From an uncultured Nitrososphaerota archaeon (lineage in GTDB: Archaea > Thermoproteota > Nitrososphaeria > Nitrososphaerales > Gagatemarchaeaceae), in contig OY969807.1 of the NCBI GenBank assembly GCA_963703285.1, forward strand, positions 704,001 through 768,000: 64,000 nucleotides of DNA. Direction: 5' to 3'. The notes under the pieces are model-generated. The model was given only the letters and a program-made list of their open reading frames with translations, ran no database searches and was not told the DNA's origin. A program made the position numbers and the translations under genes. The stretch's first letter is position 1; each line of letters opens with the position of its first letter. Shown piece after piece: positions 45,392 through 54,683 of this stretch.

Positions 45392-46269
45392 GTGCGAAGC
45401 ACCGAGGCCTCCTTCAGGTTGTGCTGCTTCGCAGCCGCCAGCAGGGTGTTCTGCATGAGCATCACGACGGTCATTGGCCCGACGCCCCCGGGCACGGGTG
45501 TGATGTAGGACGCCTTCTGGGAGACGCTCTCGAAGTCCACGTCGCCCATGAGCTTACCGCCCACCCTGTTCATGGCCACGTCTATGACGACGGCGCCCTT
45601 CTTTACCATCTCCGCTGTGACAGAGAACCGGGGCCTCCGACCGACGGCGGAGATGAGCACGTCTGCCTGTCGCGTGATCCCTATGAGCTCGCGGGACTTC
45701 GAGTGGCAGACGGTCACCGTCGCGTCCTCAGCGAGGAGAAGGTGGAGCAGAGGCTTGCCTACCAGGCTGCTCCTGTTTATGATGACCGCCCGCGACCCAG
45801 CCAGCGGTATCTTGTAATGGCGCAGCAGCTCCATCACCCCCCTGGGCGTGCAGGGGATGAGGCTCGCCTGACCGTAGAACAGGAGGCCCATGTTCGCTGA
45901 CGTTAGGCCGTCGACGTCCTTCGCCGGCGAGATCCGCTCGATCAGCTTCCTGCTGTCAAGGTGCTGCGGCAGGGGGAGCTGGAGGAGGATGCCGTTCACA
46001 GCCGGGTCGGAGTTGAGCGAGTCGATGAGGCCGCCCACCTGGTCCTCGCTGGCGAAGCCGGGAAGCGCGTGGTTCTCGGATCTTATGCCGATCTCCATGG
46101 CCGTCTTGTGCTTGCTCGCAAGGTAGACCTTGGACGGCGCGTCGTCTCCGACGAGTATCGTGGCGATCTTCGGTTCGATTCCGACCTTCTTCATGTAGTC
46201 GGTCTCCTCCTTCAACGTCTCCTTGGTACGAAGCGCCAGCGCCTTCCCATCCATGATGGCGGCGGTCAG
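45388..46269 (-). CDS. folD: Bifunctional methylene-THF dehydrogenase/cyclohydrolase (probable CTG start)
   Basis: DGKALA, GILLQLPLP, KDVDG, PCTP, SSLVGKP, TPVPGGVGPMT; N-terminus (L)TAAIMDGK matches the canonical MTA.IIDGK. Confidence 0.95.
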   Translation of the reverse strand: MTAAIMDGKALALRTKETLKEETDYMKKVGIEPKIATILVGDDAPSKVYLASKHKTAMEIGIRSENHALPGFASEDQVGGLIDSLNSDPAVNGILLQLPLPQHLDSRKLIERISPAKDVDGLTSANMGLLFYGQASLIPCTPRGVMELLRHYKIPLAGSRAVIINRSSLVGKPLLHLLLAEDATVTVCHSKSRELIGITRQADVLISAVGRRPRFSVTAEMVKKGAVVIDVAMNRVGGKLMGDVDFESVSQKASYITPVPGGVGPMTVVMLMQNTLLAAAKQHNLKEASVLRT

Positions 46270-46886
46270 GGCCTGATTTTCACCTTCCTTCCGTTGACGC
46301 TTAGTTTTCCCTCGACAAAAAGCTTCACCGCCCGCGGGTAGATCAGGTGCTCCTGCCGAAGGATCCTGGAGGAGAGGCTCTCGACGGTGTCGTCCTCCAT
46401 GACGGCAACTGCCTTCTGCAGTATGATGGGGCCGGAGTCGACCTCCGGGACGACGAAGTGCACCGTGCAACCCGCGACCTTCGCCCCGTGGTCGAGCGCT
46501 TGCTTCTGGGCTTCGAGCCCTGGGAAGGAGGGGAGGAGCGAAGGGTGCACGTTGAGAATCCTCCCCCTGAACTTCGAGACGAACTCCGGGGTCAGGAGCC
46601 TCATGTATCCCGCCAGCAGAACGAGGCCGGACGAGGGAGAGACTCCGTGCTCGATCAAGACTTCGGCGAGCTTCGTGTCGTAGGAGCTGCGGTCCATGCC
46701 CGCGCTCTCGATCACCTCGGTGTCGACTCCGAACCTCTTGGCTACCCCCAGGGCGCGCACCCCCGCCTTGTTGCTCACCACGACCGAGACGGACGCGTCC
46801 CCGATCAAACCTCTCTTCGCCGCCCTCAGGATCGCCTCTAGGTTCGATCCGCGGCCGGAGACGAGGACCCCCACGCGGCAGGTCAC
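46266..46886 (-). CDS. purN: Phosphoribosylglycinamide formyltransferase (folate-dependent)
   Basis: LVSGRGSNL, LAGYMRLL, NVHPSLLP, GCTVHFV..VDSGPII, EH..YP; GTGA overlap. Confidence 0.96.
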   Translation of the reverse strand: MTCRVGVLVSGRGSNLEAILRAAKRGLIGDASVSVVVSNKAGVRALGVAKRFGVDTEVIESAGMDRSSYDTKLAEVLIEHGVSPSSGLVLLAGYMRLLTPEFVSKFRGRILNVHPSLLPSFPGLEAQKQALDHGAKVAGCTVHFVVPEVDSGPIILQKAVAVMEDDTVESLSSRILRQEHLIYPRAVKLFVEGKLSVNGRKVKIRP

Positions 46887-48321
46887 CCTTTCATCTCCTT
46901 CTTGGTCTTGAAGCTCGGTGAGATTCCGAGCTTTGAGTAGTCGCCGTTTATGCACGCGAAGCAGAGGCTGGACCTCGGGAGTCCGATCCCCTGGGCGAGC
47001 CCCTCGATGTCGTTGTAGTGAAACTCCTCTACGCCGATGGCCTTTCCCACCTTCTTGCCTATGATAGCGACGTCGGCGTCCCCGTTGGCTACCTGGTGGG
47101 CCAGGAGCTCGTCCCTGTTGGGGAAGTCGACGCCCATGTAGCAGGGGTAGGATATCGGGGGGAAGGTCACGACCATCTTGACCCGCTTCGCCTTCGCCTT
47201 CTTCAGCGAGTCGACGATGATCCTCGAGCTCGTCCCCCTCACCACGCTGTCGTCTACGACGATGACCTCCTTTCCTTCGATTGCCTCGCGGATCGGGATT
47301 ATCCTCTTGACGACCTCCTCGCGCCCGCTCTGGCGCGGTTCGATGAAGCTCCTGATGCTCCCCTTCCTGCGGTAGCGATCCTTCATCAGCCCCTCGTCCA
47401 TGGGAATGCCGCTCTCGACGGAGTATCCCAGGGCCCCTGGTCTCGCGGAGTCCGGAACGGGGATGACCACGTTCCCCTTCATCCTAAACTTCTTCGCGAG
47501 GATCTTGCCGACCCTCTTCCTTGCCTCGTAGACGCTCACCCCGTTCACGCGGGACGATGGATGGGCGAAGTAGGTGTACTCGAAAGAGCAGTACGCGGCT
47601 CTCGGTACGCGGTGCAAATCGGAAAGACTCGAGCCCCCTCTTTGGCCCGCCCAGCCTGACCATCTCTCCCGGCTCTATGTCCCTCACGAACTCGGCGTCG
47701 AGCGCAGCCAGCGCGCAGCTCTCGGAGGCAGCGATGTAGGTCCGCGACCTCTGGTGGTAGCCGAGGCAGAGCGGACGGTAGCCCCGCGGGTCCCTTATCG
47801 CGAAGACCTCGCCCCTCTTGTTCAGAATCACGAACGAGTACGCGCCCGACCAGTTCCTTGGCTACGCGCTCGAAGGCAAAGAACCAGTCGTTCTCCTGGC
47901 GGAGTATCTGAAGGAGCCTGTACCCCGCCGCCTTGGTGTCCGTCCCGCACTTCCCTCTGTAGTCCGTCGAGACGGCCTTCGCGAGCTGATCCGCGTTGAC
48001 GATCGTCCCGTTGTGTGCAATCGAGAACTCGGTCCCGATCTGTACAGGCTGCGCGTTGTCGAGGTTGGATCGCCCCTTGGTCGAGTAGCGTACGTGGCCT
48101 ATCCCCGCGCCGTCCCTGTAGCCACTCAGCTCCCGGGCGTAGTTGAACCAGTTGAAGGCCAGGCCCATCCTCTTGAAGACGGGCTTGCCCGGGACCGCGA
48201 CGCCCCAGGACTCCTGTCCCCTGTGCTGGAGCGCCTCGAGGCCCTTTAGGAGCTTGGGCACGACGTCCACCCCCTTGGTGGAGAAGGCACCGACAACGCC
48301 GCAGGCCTCCCTTGCGCCCAT
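46883..48321 (-). CDS. purF: Amidophosphoribosyltransferase (two frameshifts, about 47846 and 47610)
   Basis: REACG (N-terminal Cys), LQHRGQES, GHVRYST, HNG, RDPRGYRPL, CSFEYTYFA, PVPDS, VDDSVVRGTS across three frames. Confidence 0.92.
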
Positions 48322-50516
48322 CAGCCCATCAACCTCGCGAGGGTGGAGTCGTGGGACCTGCGAAGCGAGTCCACACCGAGGTCCGCGATGGTCCGCGAGC
48401 CCGCGACGAGCGCCAGCGAATCCCCGCCCACCTCTCCCGCCCTCCCGTGGGGCGTTCGTCTCCGTTTGAGGTGCCTGGACAGTGCCCCGGGATCGTGTGT
48501 CGTGAGCACGAACCTCCCGTGCGACTCGGAGAAGAGCAGGTCGTTCAGGCTTCTGACGGCAGAGGGCACGCTCCTGAGTTCGACGCTGGCGCCGAGGCCA
48601 TTGGGCAGGGTCATCTCGGCGAGGGTGACGGCGAGCCCTCCCCTTGAGCAGTCGTGGGCCGACGTGACGAGCCCCGAGCGGATGGCCTCGAGGACCGTCC
48701 CGTAGAGCGCGGCGTCTGAGGGTGGGTCTACCTTCGGGACCGTGCCCGCGTCGAGGCAGCCCAGGACCCTGTGGTACTCCGACCCGCCCAGCTCGCGCTT
48801 GGTCTTTCCTACGACGAAAATCGATTCGCCCTCCTCCTCGAACCCCATCGAGACCGGGTGCTCCCGGTCCTCCACCAGCCCTACGACCAACGCGACGGGA
48901 GACGGCTTGATTGCGACCCTGGTCGACGAATCCCCGTTGTAGAAGCTCACCTTCCCTCCGACCACGGGGAGTCCGACCGCGGTGCAGTAGTCCGCCATCC
49001 CGCGCACGGACTCGGCGAACGACCAGTAGACCTCGGGGTCAGACGGGTCGCCGAACTGGAGGTGGTCGACGAGCGCTATGGGCTCGCCACCCACGGCGAC
49101 CACGTTCCTGCAGGATTCGGCGACGCATCCCGCGGCGCCGTTGTAGGGGTCGAGGAAGGACATGGCGCTGTTCCCGTCCCCCTTCACGGCCAGGAAGCTC
49201 CCGTTCGGGAGTCGCAGGAGCGCAGCGTCCGCCTGGCCGGGCTTGGCGACTGTCCTGAGACCGACCTCGTTGTCGTACTGCTCGTAGACCCAGCGCCTGC
49301 TCGCGATGTTGGGAGACGCGAGCAGGGAGATCAACGTGCGCCCCACCTCCGCGTCCAGGGTCTTCCCCGCCCCGGGCCGGGCGGTCCGTGACGGCCTTCG
49401 GCTCGGCCAGGGAATGAGTGGCGCCCTTACGACGAACTGGGCCGGGAGATTCGCCACCGTCTTCCCCCGCCACCGTAGGGTTAGCATCCCATCCTGGGTC
49501 ACCTTGCCGATTAGCGAATGGGGGACCTCGTATTTGTCAAGGATGTCGACTATTGCTCCCTTCGATTCGGGAGATAGCACGAGGAGCATCCTCTCCTGCG
49601 ATTCGGAGATCATGATCTCTGTCGGCGACATGTCTGCCTCGCGGCGGTTGACGCTGCTTAGCTCCACCTCGACGCCCGTCTCCCCTTTCGAGGCGATCTC
49701 AGAGAGGGCGGTCGAGAGGCCTCCCCCGCCGAGGTCCTTCATCCCGCGGATGTGCCCCGTCCCCGCGGCTTCGAGGAGGGCGTCAAGTAGGAGCTTCTTC
49801 ATGAACGGGTCGGGCACCTGCACCGACGACCTGTCGTCCTCGGCACTCTCTGAGAGGTTCTTCGAGGCGAAGGTGGCGCCCCGGATCCCGTCCCTCCCCG
49901 TGCTTCCCCCGATCAGGACGAGAAGGTCGCCCGGATTCTTCGCCTCGCCAAGGATCAGGTCACTCTTCGTGCCGAGGCCGACACAGGCGACGTCGACCAG
50001 GCAGTTCCTCTCGAAGCTCTCGTCGAACTCGATGTCCCCGGCGACAGTGGGAACTCCGACGCAGTTCCCGTAGTCGCCTATTCCTCGCACCACGTTCTTG
50101 AAGAGCCATCGCGAGTGGGCGCTCCGCTCTATCCTCCCGAAGCGCAGGATGTCTACGAGCGCGATGGGGCGGGTTCCCATCGAGAGGATGTCCCTCAGGA
50201 CTCCACCGATGCCCGTGGACGAGCCCCCGTAGGGGTCCACGGCTGAAGGGTGGTTGTGGCTCTCGATGTGCAGTGTCACGACGTACCCCGACCCCACGTC
50301 CACGACCCCTGCGTCGTAGCCCGGGCCCAGGACGACCCGCTTCCCCGTCGTAGGGAAGAGCTTCAGGATGGCCTTCGAGGACTTGTAGCTGCTGTGTTCG
50401 GACCACTCGGCGTCGATGATGGCCCACTCGACCTCGTTCGGCTCTCTCCTCAAGGAGTGTCGGGCGCTATCTATCTCGCCGGTTGTAAGCCCTAGATGAA
50501 GCTCCGCAAGGCTCAA
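48321..50516 (-). CDS. purL: FGAM synthase subunit PurL
   Basis: WSEHSSYKSS, ESHNHPS, TGRDGI, DLGGGG, SESQERM, GGKVSFYN, LFSES. Confidence 0.96.
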   Translation of the reverse strand: MSLAELHLGLTTGEIDSARHSLRREPNEVEWAIIDAEWSEHSSYKSSKAILKLFPTTGKRVVLGPGYDAGVVDVGSGYVVTLHIESHNHPSAVDPYGGSSTGIGGVLRDILSMGTRPIALVDILRFGRIERSAHSRWLFKNVVRGIGDYGNCVGVPTVAGDIEFDESFERNCLVDVACVGLGTKSDLILGEAKNPGDLLVLIGGSTGRDGIRGATFASKNLSESAEDDRSSVQVPDPFMKKLLLDALLEAAGTGHIRGMKDLGGGGLSTALSEIASKGETGVEVELSSVNRREADMSPTEIMISESQERMLLVLSPESKGAIVDILDKYEVPHSLIGKVTQDGMLTLRWRGKTVANLPAQFVVRAPLIPWPSRRPSRTARPGAGKTLDAEVGRTLISLLASPNIASRRWVYEQYDNEVGLRTVAKPGQADAALLRLPNGSFLAVKGDGNSAMSFLDPYNGAAGCVAESCRNVVAVGGEPIALVDHLQFGDPSDPEVYWSFAESVRGMADYCTAVGLPVVGGKVSFYNGDSSTRVAIKPSPVALVVGLVEDREHPVSMGFEEEGESIFVVGKTKRELGGSEYHRVLGCLDAGTVPKVDPPSDAALYGTVLEAIRSGLVTSAHDCSRGGLAVTLAEMTLPNGLGASVELRSVPSAVRSLNDLLFSESHGRFVLTTHDPGALSRHLKRRRTPHGRAGEVGGDSLALVAGSRTIADLGVDSLRRSHDSTLARLMG

Positions 50517-50517
50517 G

Positions 50518-51216
50518 CTATGCCCTCGCCCCGATTAGCGACGCGAAGATGACGCGTCCGTCCTGCGAGCCCGTCGGCGTCAGAAGGGGGTCGCATCCCC
50601 GTTCGGGGTGGGGCATCAGGCCGACGACGTTGCCCTCTTCGTTGGAGATTCCCGCTATGTTCGCAACCGTTCCTGTGGGGTTCGCTTCGTCCACGATCCT
50701 TCCAGCCTCGTCGCAGTAGCGGAAGACCACCCTGCCGGCGTCCTTGAGGGACCTGATTTCATCAGCGGGGGCGTAGTACCTCCCCTCTCCGTGGGCTATG
50801 GGCATCTGGAGCACCTGCCCCGGGAGCGTGAGGCCCGTGAAGGGCGTCCCGCTCGACTCCACCCTCACCTTCACCCACTTGCAGACGAACTTCAGCGAGT
50901 CGTTCCGGAGGAGCGCCCCTGGGAGGAGGCCCGCCTCGATTAGGATCTGGAACCCGTTGCAGACGCCCAGCACTGGCGTCCCCCTATCCGCCATCCTCCT
51001 GATAACAGAAATCGCAGGGCTCCTCGCGGCGATGGCTCCAGCCCTGAGGTAGTCGCCGAAGGAGAAGCCGCCGGGTAGGACGACGGCGTCGAAGGTCCGC
51101 AGCTCGTCGCTCTCGTGCCAGACGAGCTTCGCCGAGAGGCCGTCTATCCCTCCAATCGCCGCCACCGCGTCGAGGTCGCAGTTGCTCCCCGGAAACCTCA
51201 CCACGGCGACGTTCAC
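50518..51216 (-). CDS. purQ: FGAM synthase glutaminase subunit
   Basis: FPGSNCD, PGGFSFGDYLRAG, GVCNGFQIL, AHGEG, MPHPER. Confidence 0.96.
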   Translation of the reverse strand: MNVAVVRFPGSNCDLDAVAAIGGIDGLSAKLVWHESDELRTFDAVVLPGGFSFGDYLRAGAIAARSPAISVIRRMADRGTPVLGVCNGFQILIEAGLLPGALLRNDSLKFVCKWVKVRVESSGTPFTGLTLPGQVLQMPIAHGEGRYYAPADEIRSLKDAGRVVFRYCDEAGRIVDEANPTGTVANIAGISNEEGNVVGLMPHPERGCDPLLTPTGSQDGRVIFASLIGARA

Positions 51217-51218
51217 GG

Positions 51219-51500
51219 TCAGTCACGCCCCGCTGATATCTTGATCGAGTGCGCAGCGGGGTTGTATATCCTGAGGTCGTCGCACATCCTCCTTACGAGC
51301 GACTCGGCGGCCTGCTCGTCGGAGGCCTCGACTTCAACCCGAAGGTGCTTCCCGGCGCGGATGCCCTTCACGGCGTCGAATCCGGACCTGTGGACGAGGT
51401 CCCTCAGTATAGTCTCGCCCTCCGGGTCGCGCGCTCCCTCCTTGTTGGAGATGACAACGCTCACCTGAAAAATCGCCTTCTTGGTCGTAATCCGTGACAA
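51219..51500 (-). CDS. purS: FGAM synthase subunit PurS
   Basis: KEGARDPEGETI, RAGK, MC..L..NP; upstream of purQL. Confidence 0.9.
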   Translation of the reverse strand: MSRITTKKAIFQVSVVISNKEGARDPEGETILRDLVHRSGFDAVKGIRAGKHLRVEVEASDEQAAESLVRRMCDDLRIYNPAAHSIKISAGRD

Positions 51501-51599
51501 AATCTCTTTCTATTTAAGTGACTTTTACCAAGACGGTGTTAAACGCGCGTCGACCGCGTCAAAATGGACATTAACCCGTCGCGGCGCGCGATTTCCGCC

Positions 51600-53207
51600 A
51601 TGGACGACAGTCTGGTTGAGGTGAAGACCGCCCTCCTGAGCGTCGCCGACAAGACGGGGCTCGTCGACTTCGCGCGCGAGCTGACCGCCTTCGGGATTAC
51701 GCTGCTCGCCACGGGAGGGACATACGCCGCGCTCAAGGACGCCGGGCTGCCCGTGAGGAGCCTGCAGGACGACATGAACCTTCCGCAGTTTCTCTCCGGG
51801 CGGGTAAAGACCCTTCACTCCCCCCTGTTCGGCGCAATCCTGGCGAAGAGGACGCCCGAGCACCTGGAGGAGCTCAAGACGATGAAGGTAGACCCCATAG
51901 ACATGGTGGTCGTCAACTTCTATCCCTTCGAGAAGGCGGCTAGAGAGCCAGGGGCGGGGGAGGAGCGCCTCATCGAGAACATAGACGTAGGCGGGCCTTC
52001 GATGGTCCGGGCTGCCTCGAAGAACTTCGAGTACGTCACGGTGGTACCCTCACCCGCGGAGTACGGTCCCGTCTCTGGGGAACTGAGGACGAACGAGGGC
52101 AGTGTATCCCTGGCGACAAGGAAGAGGCTCGCTCTCGAGGCGTTCTACATCACCGCGGCCTACGACGCCACGATACACGAAGGGCTGCGGAGGAGGTTTG
52201 GTGGCGAGGCAGCCTTCCCCGACCGATTCCTGCTCTTCGCCACGAAGTTCCAGGACGCGAAGTACGGAGAGAACCCGGACCAGCGGGCGACCATATACTC
52301 GGTCGACGGTTACCGGGGCATCACGGGCTGGGCTCAGCTTGCAGGAGAGACACTCTCCTTCAACAACTACCTCGACATCGGGTCGGCCTACGACATACTG
52401 GAGGGGTTCGAGGGGGTCCCAGCGGCGGCCACCGTGAAACACGGGAACATCAGCGGTTTCGCGTTCGCGCCCACGGTCGCCGAGGCTTACTCGCTGGCCC
52501 ACTCCTGCGACCCGGAAGCGGATTTCGGCGGGACGGTCATCCTGAACAGGGAGGTCGATGGCGAGACGGCGATGCTGATAGGGAAGAATGAGGGTATCAG
52601 GGACCTCTCGGTCTACACCGAGATCGTGATCGCCCCGGGGTACAGCCCGGAGGGTCTCTCGCTCCTCAAGGGCAAGCAGAAGAAGAAGATCAGAATCATC
52701 CAGAGCGGGACGAAGCCCGACTATCCCTACGACCTGAAGCTTATCGAGGGCGCCGTCCTCCTCCAGGACGCGGTCGACTACCGCAAGAAGCTGGACCCGA
52801 GCCGGCTGACGTTCCCCACCAAGGCTCAGCCCGAGGAAGAGGAGAAGGCGAAGCTCCTGGCTGCCTGGGAGGTCGTCAGGAGGGTCCCGTCAAACGGCAT
52901 AGTCGTCGCCGAGGGGAAGTACGATGGGGAGCTGACTCACTTCTGGACGCTGGGCGTCGCGAGCTTCCGCAAGAGGAACGGGGCCGTGAGGATAGCCCTC
53001 GAGAACGCGGGTGGCAGGGCAAAGCGCTCGGTCTGCGCCTCTGACGGCTTCTTCCCCTTCCGGGACGACATCGACCTGCTGGGAGAGGCTGGGATTAGGG
53101 CGGTGATTCAGCCAGGAGGGTCGGTGAGCGACCCCGATGTCATAGCAGCCGCAGACGAGTATGGGATGGCGATGGCTGTGACCCACGTGAGGGCGTTCAA
53201 GCACTGA
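51600..53207 (+). CDS. purH: Bifunctional AICAR transformylase/IMP cyclohydrolase
   Basis: ALLSVADK, TGGT, GRVKTLH, ENIDVGGP, KYGENP.Q, LSFNN, KH, ASDGFFPF, QPGGS, R.FKH. Confidence 0.93.
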   Translation: MDDSLVEVKTALLSVADKTGLVDFARELTAFGITLLATGGTYAALKDAGLPVRSLQDDMNLPQFLSGRVKTLHSPLFGAILAKRTPEHLEELKTMKVDPIDMVVVNFYPFEKAAREPGAGEERLIENIDVGGPSMVRAASKNFEYVTVVPSPAEYGPVSGELRTNEGSVSLATRKRLALEAFYITAAYDATIHEGLRRRFGGEAAFPDRFLLFATKFQDAKYGENPDQRATIYSVDGYRGITGWAQLAGETLSFNNYLDIGSAYDILEGFEGVPAAATVKHGNISGFAFAPTVAEAYSLAHSCDPEADFGGTVILNREVDGETAMLIGKNEGIRDLSVYTEIVIAPGYSPEGLSLLKGKQKKKIRIIQSGTKPDYPYDLKLIEGAVLLQDAVDYRKKLDPSRLTFPTKAQPEEEEKAKLLAAWEVVRRVPSNGIVVAEGKYDGELTHFWTLGVASFRKRNGAVRIALENAGGRAKRSVCASDGFFPFRDDIDLLGEAGIRAVIQPGGSVSDPDVIAAADEYGMAMAVTHVRAFKH

Positions 53208-53240
53208 CCTGAAGCGTTCACCCGGACGAGGTTCGAGCTC

Positions 53241-54620
53241 TCAGGCTGACCTGAGGGCGTGCATGTGCTCGACGCTCCTCCTGACGTCGAGCGGGCTCCC
53301 TATGTCCCTCCTGGACCTCACGGGTCCCTTCAGGGCGTCAATCCCGGCGAGCGAGAGCGACCGCGCCTCTTCGAGATTGGGTCCCGTCCCCGCGACCGCC
53401 ACCGACCGCGATGACCCGAGGTAGGTCGTGCCCCCCTCGAGCCTCACGTCCATCGGATAGACACTCAGTCCGGACCTGGTTCGCTGGAGCGCGTACGCCC
53501 CCGAGAGGTCGATGACGCCCTTCTCTGGGGGGACGGTGTCCGGAATCCCGTAACCCGCGGGGACGGCACAGGTTACCACCGACGCCCTCTTCGAGAACCT
53601 GATCGACCTCAGCGAACCCTCGAGCATCCTGAAGCACACCTCCACGAAGTCATCCTCGATGGTGGAGAGCACGCTAATCTGTTCGGTGTTGCCTCCCCTG
53701 CTGTTCCTCTCAAGGATCTTGAAGCCTTTACCGTTGTGCATCAGGGCGTCATAGAGGACTATGCCCTTGAGCCCGGGATCAGAACCCTTCCCCCTCCAGC
53801 GGGCGAACGCTCGCTCCTCTGCCGAGACGACGGACTCCCACTCCGATGGACGCAGGAAGGGGAGGTGAGCCTCCGAGTCTCTGTAGCTTCCCATCCCTCC
53901 TGTGAGCCGGCCCTTTTCCCCGTCGAGGGCCCTCTTGTAGTCCCTCGTCTGAGGCGCAACGACGAAGTGCTTCCCGTCGCTGAACGCCTGGAAGCTGGAT
54001 TCCTCCCCGACGACCCGTTCCTCCACCACGACCCTGCCCTTCGATAAGGCCCCTCTGAAGAAGGCGACCATCTCCTTCTCGGTCCTGAAGTCCTGGCCCC
54101 AGACTCCCACCCCGGCCCCGCGAGCGGGAGCGTCCGGCTTGATGACGGGCTCCCCGATCTCGGATGCGAACCTCTTGAAACGCGAGACGGCCGAACCCTC
54201 GCTGCGGAAGTCCTTCGGGTCGAAGACGGCGTATCGCGGGTTGGCGTCGTCGAAGAGCTCGTCGAACAGCAGCCTCTGGTCCGCCTTCGACCGTTCGACC
54301 GCGTGCGCAGTGTCGACGCAGAGCATCTGCACGCCCCCCTCACGCTGGAGGACGTCCCTCCCTCCCGCAGTGACGAAGTCCTCGGTGTCGGTGAGACCGA
54401 AGCTTATCCTGCTCCTGTTGTCCCGTGCGAACGCGGCGACCTTGTGGACGTCGAGATCGGGGATGACCCTGTGCACCTTCGCGTTCTCCAAGTTGAGCGG
54501 ATTCTGTTGCCGCTCCGCGATGTAGAACTCCGGATGGTAGTCCTCGCTCCTCTTGAAAGCGTCGATCATGGCCCCTGAGCTCAGGCACTTCGACACGATG
54601 AGTATGCCAACTCGGTCCAA
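53241..54620 (-). CDS. purD: Divergent phosphoribosylamine-glycine ligase (ATP-grasp)
   Basis: ERSK, VIKPD..GAGV, VVVEE..GEESS, QTRDYKRALDGEKGRLTGGMGSY, PAGY, RRDIG; located in the purine cluster. Confidence 0.75.
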   Translation of the reverse strand: MDRVGILIVSKCLSSGAMIDAFKRSEDYHPEFYIAERQQNPLNLENAKVHRVIPDLDVHKVAAFARDNRSRISFGLTDTEDFVTAGGRDVLQREGGVQMLCVDTAHAVERSKADQRLLFDELFDDANPRYAVFDPKDFRSEGSAVSRFKRFASEIGEPVIKPDAPARGAGVGVWGQDFRTEKEMVAFFRGALSKGRVVVEERVVGEESSFQAFSDGKHFVVAPQTRDYKRALDGEKGRLTGGMGSYRDSEAHLPFLRPSEWESVVSAEERAFARWRGKGSDPGLKGIVLYDALMHNGKGFKILERNSRGGNTEQISVLSTIEDDFVEVCFRMLEGSLRSIRFSKRASVVTCAVPAGYGIPDTVPPEKGVIDLSGAYALQRTRSGLSVYPMDVRLEGGTTYLGSSRSVAVAGTGPNLEEARSLSLAGIDALKGPVRSRRDIGSPLDVRRSVEHMHALRSA

Positions 54621-54683
54621 GGAAGACGCCTGCTCTGTCTAGGGCGCTCTAAAAAACGATTGCAGCAGCTCTGAGGTTTGCCC

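Noticed and set aside
42483-48321. purM and purF as true pseudogenes or programmed frameshifts
   Set aside because: All catalytic motifs intact, the rest of the pathway complete, and no shared slippery heptamer or shift direction; assembly error is more parsimonious
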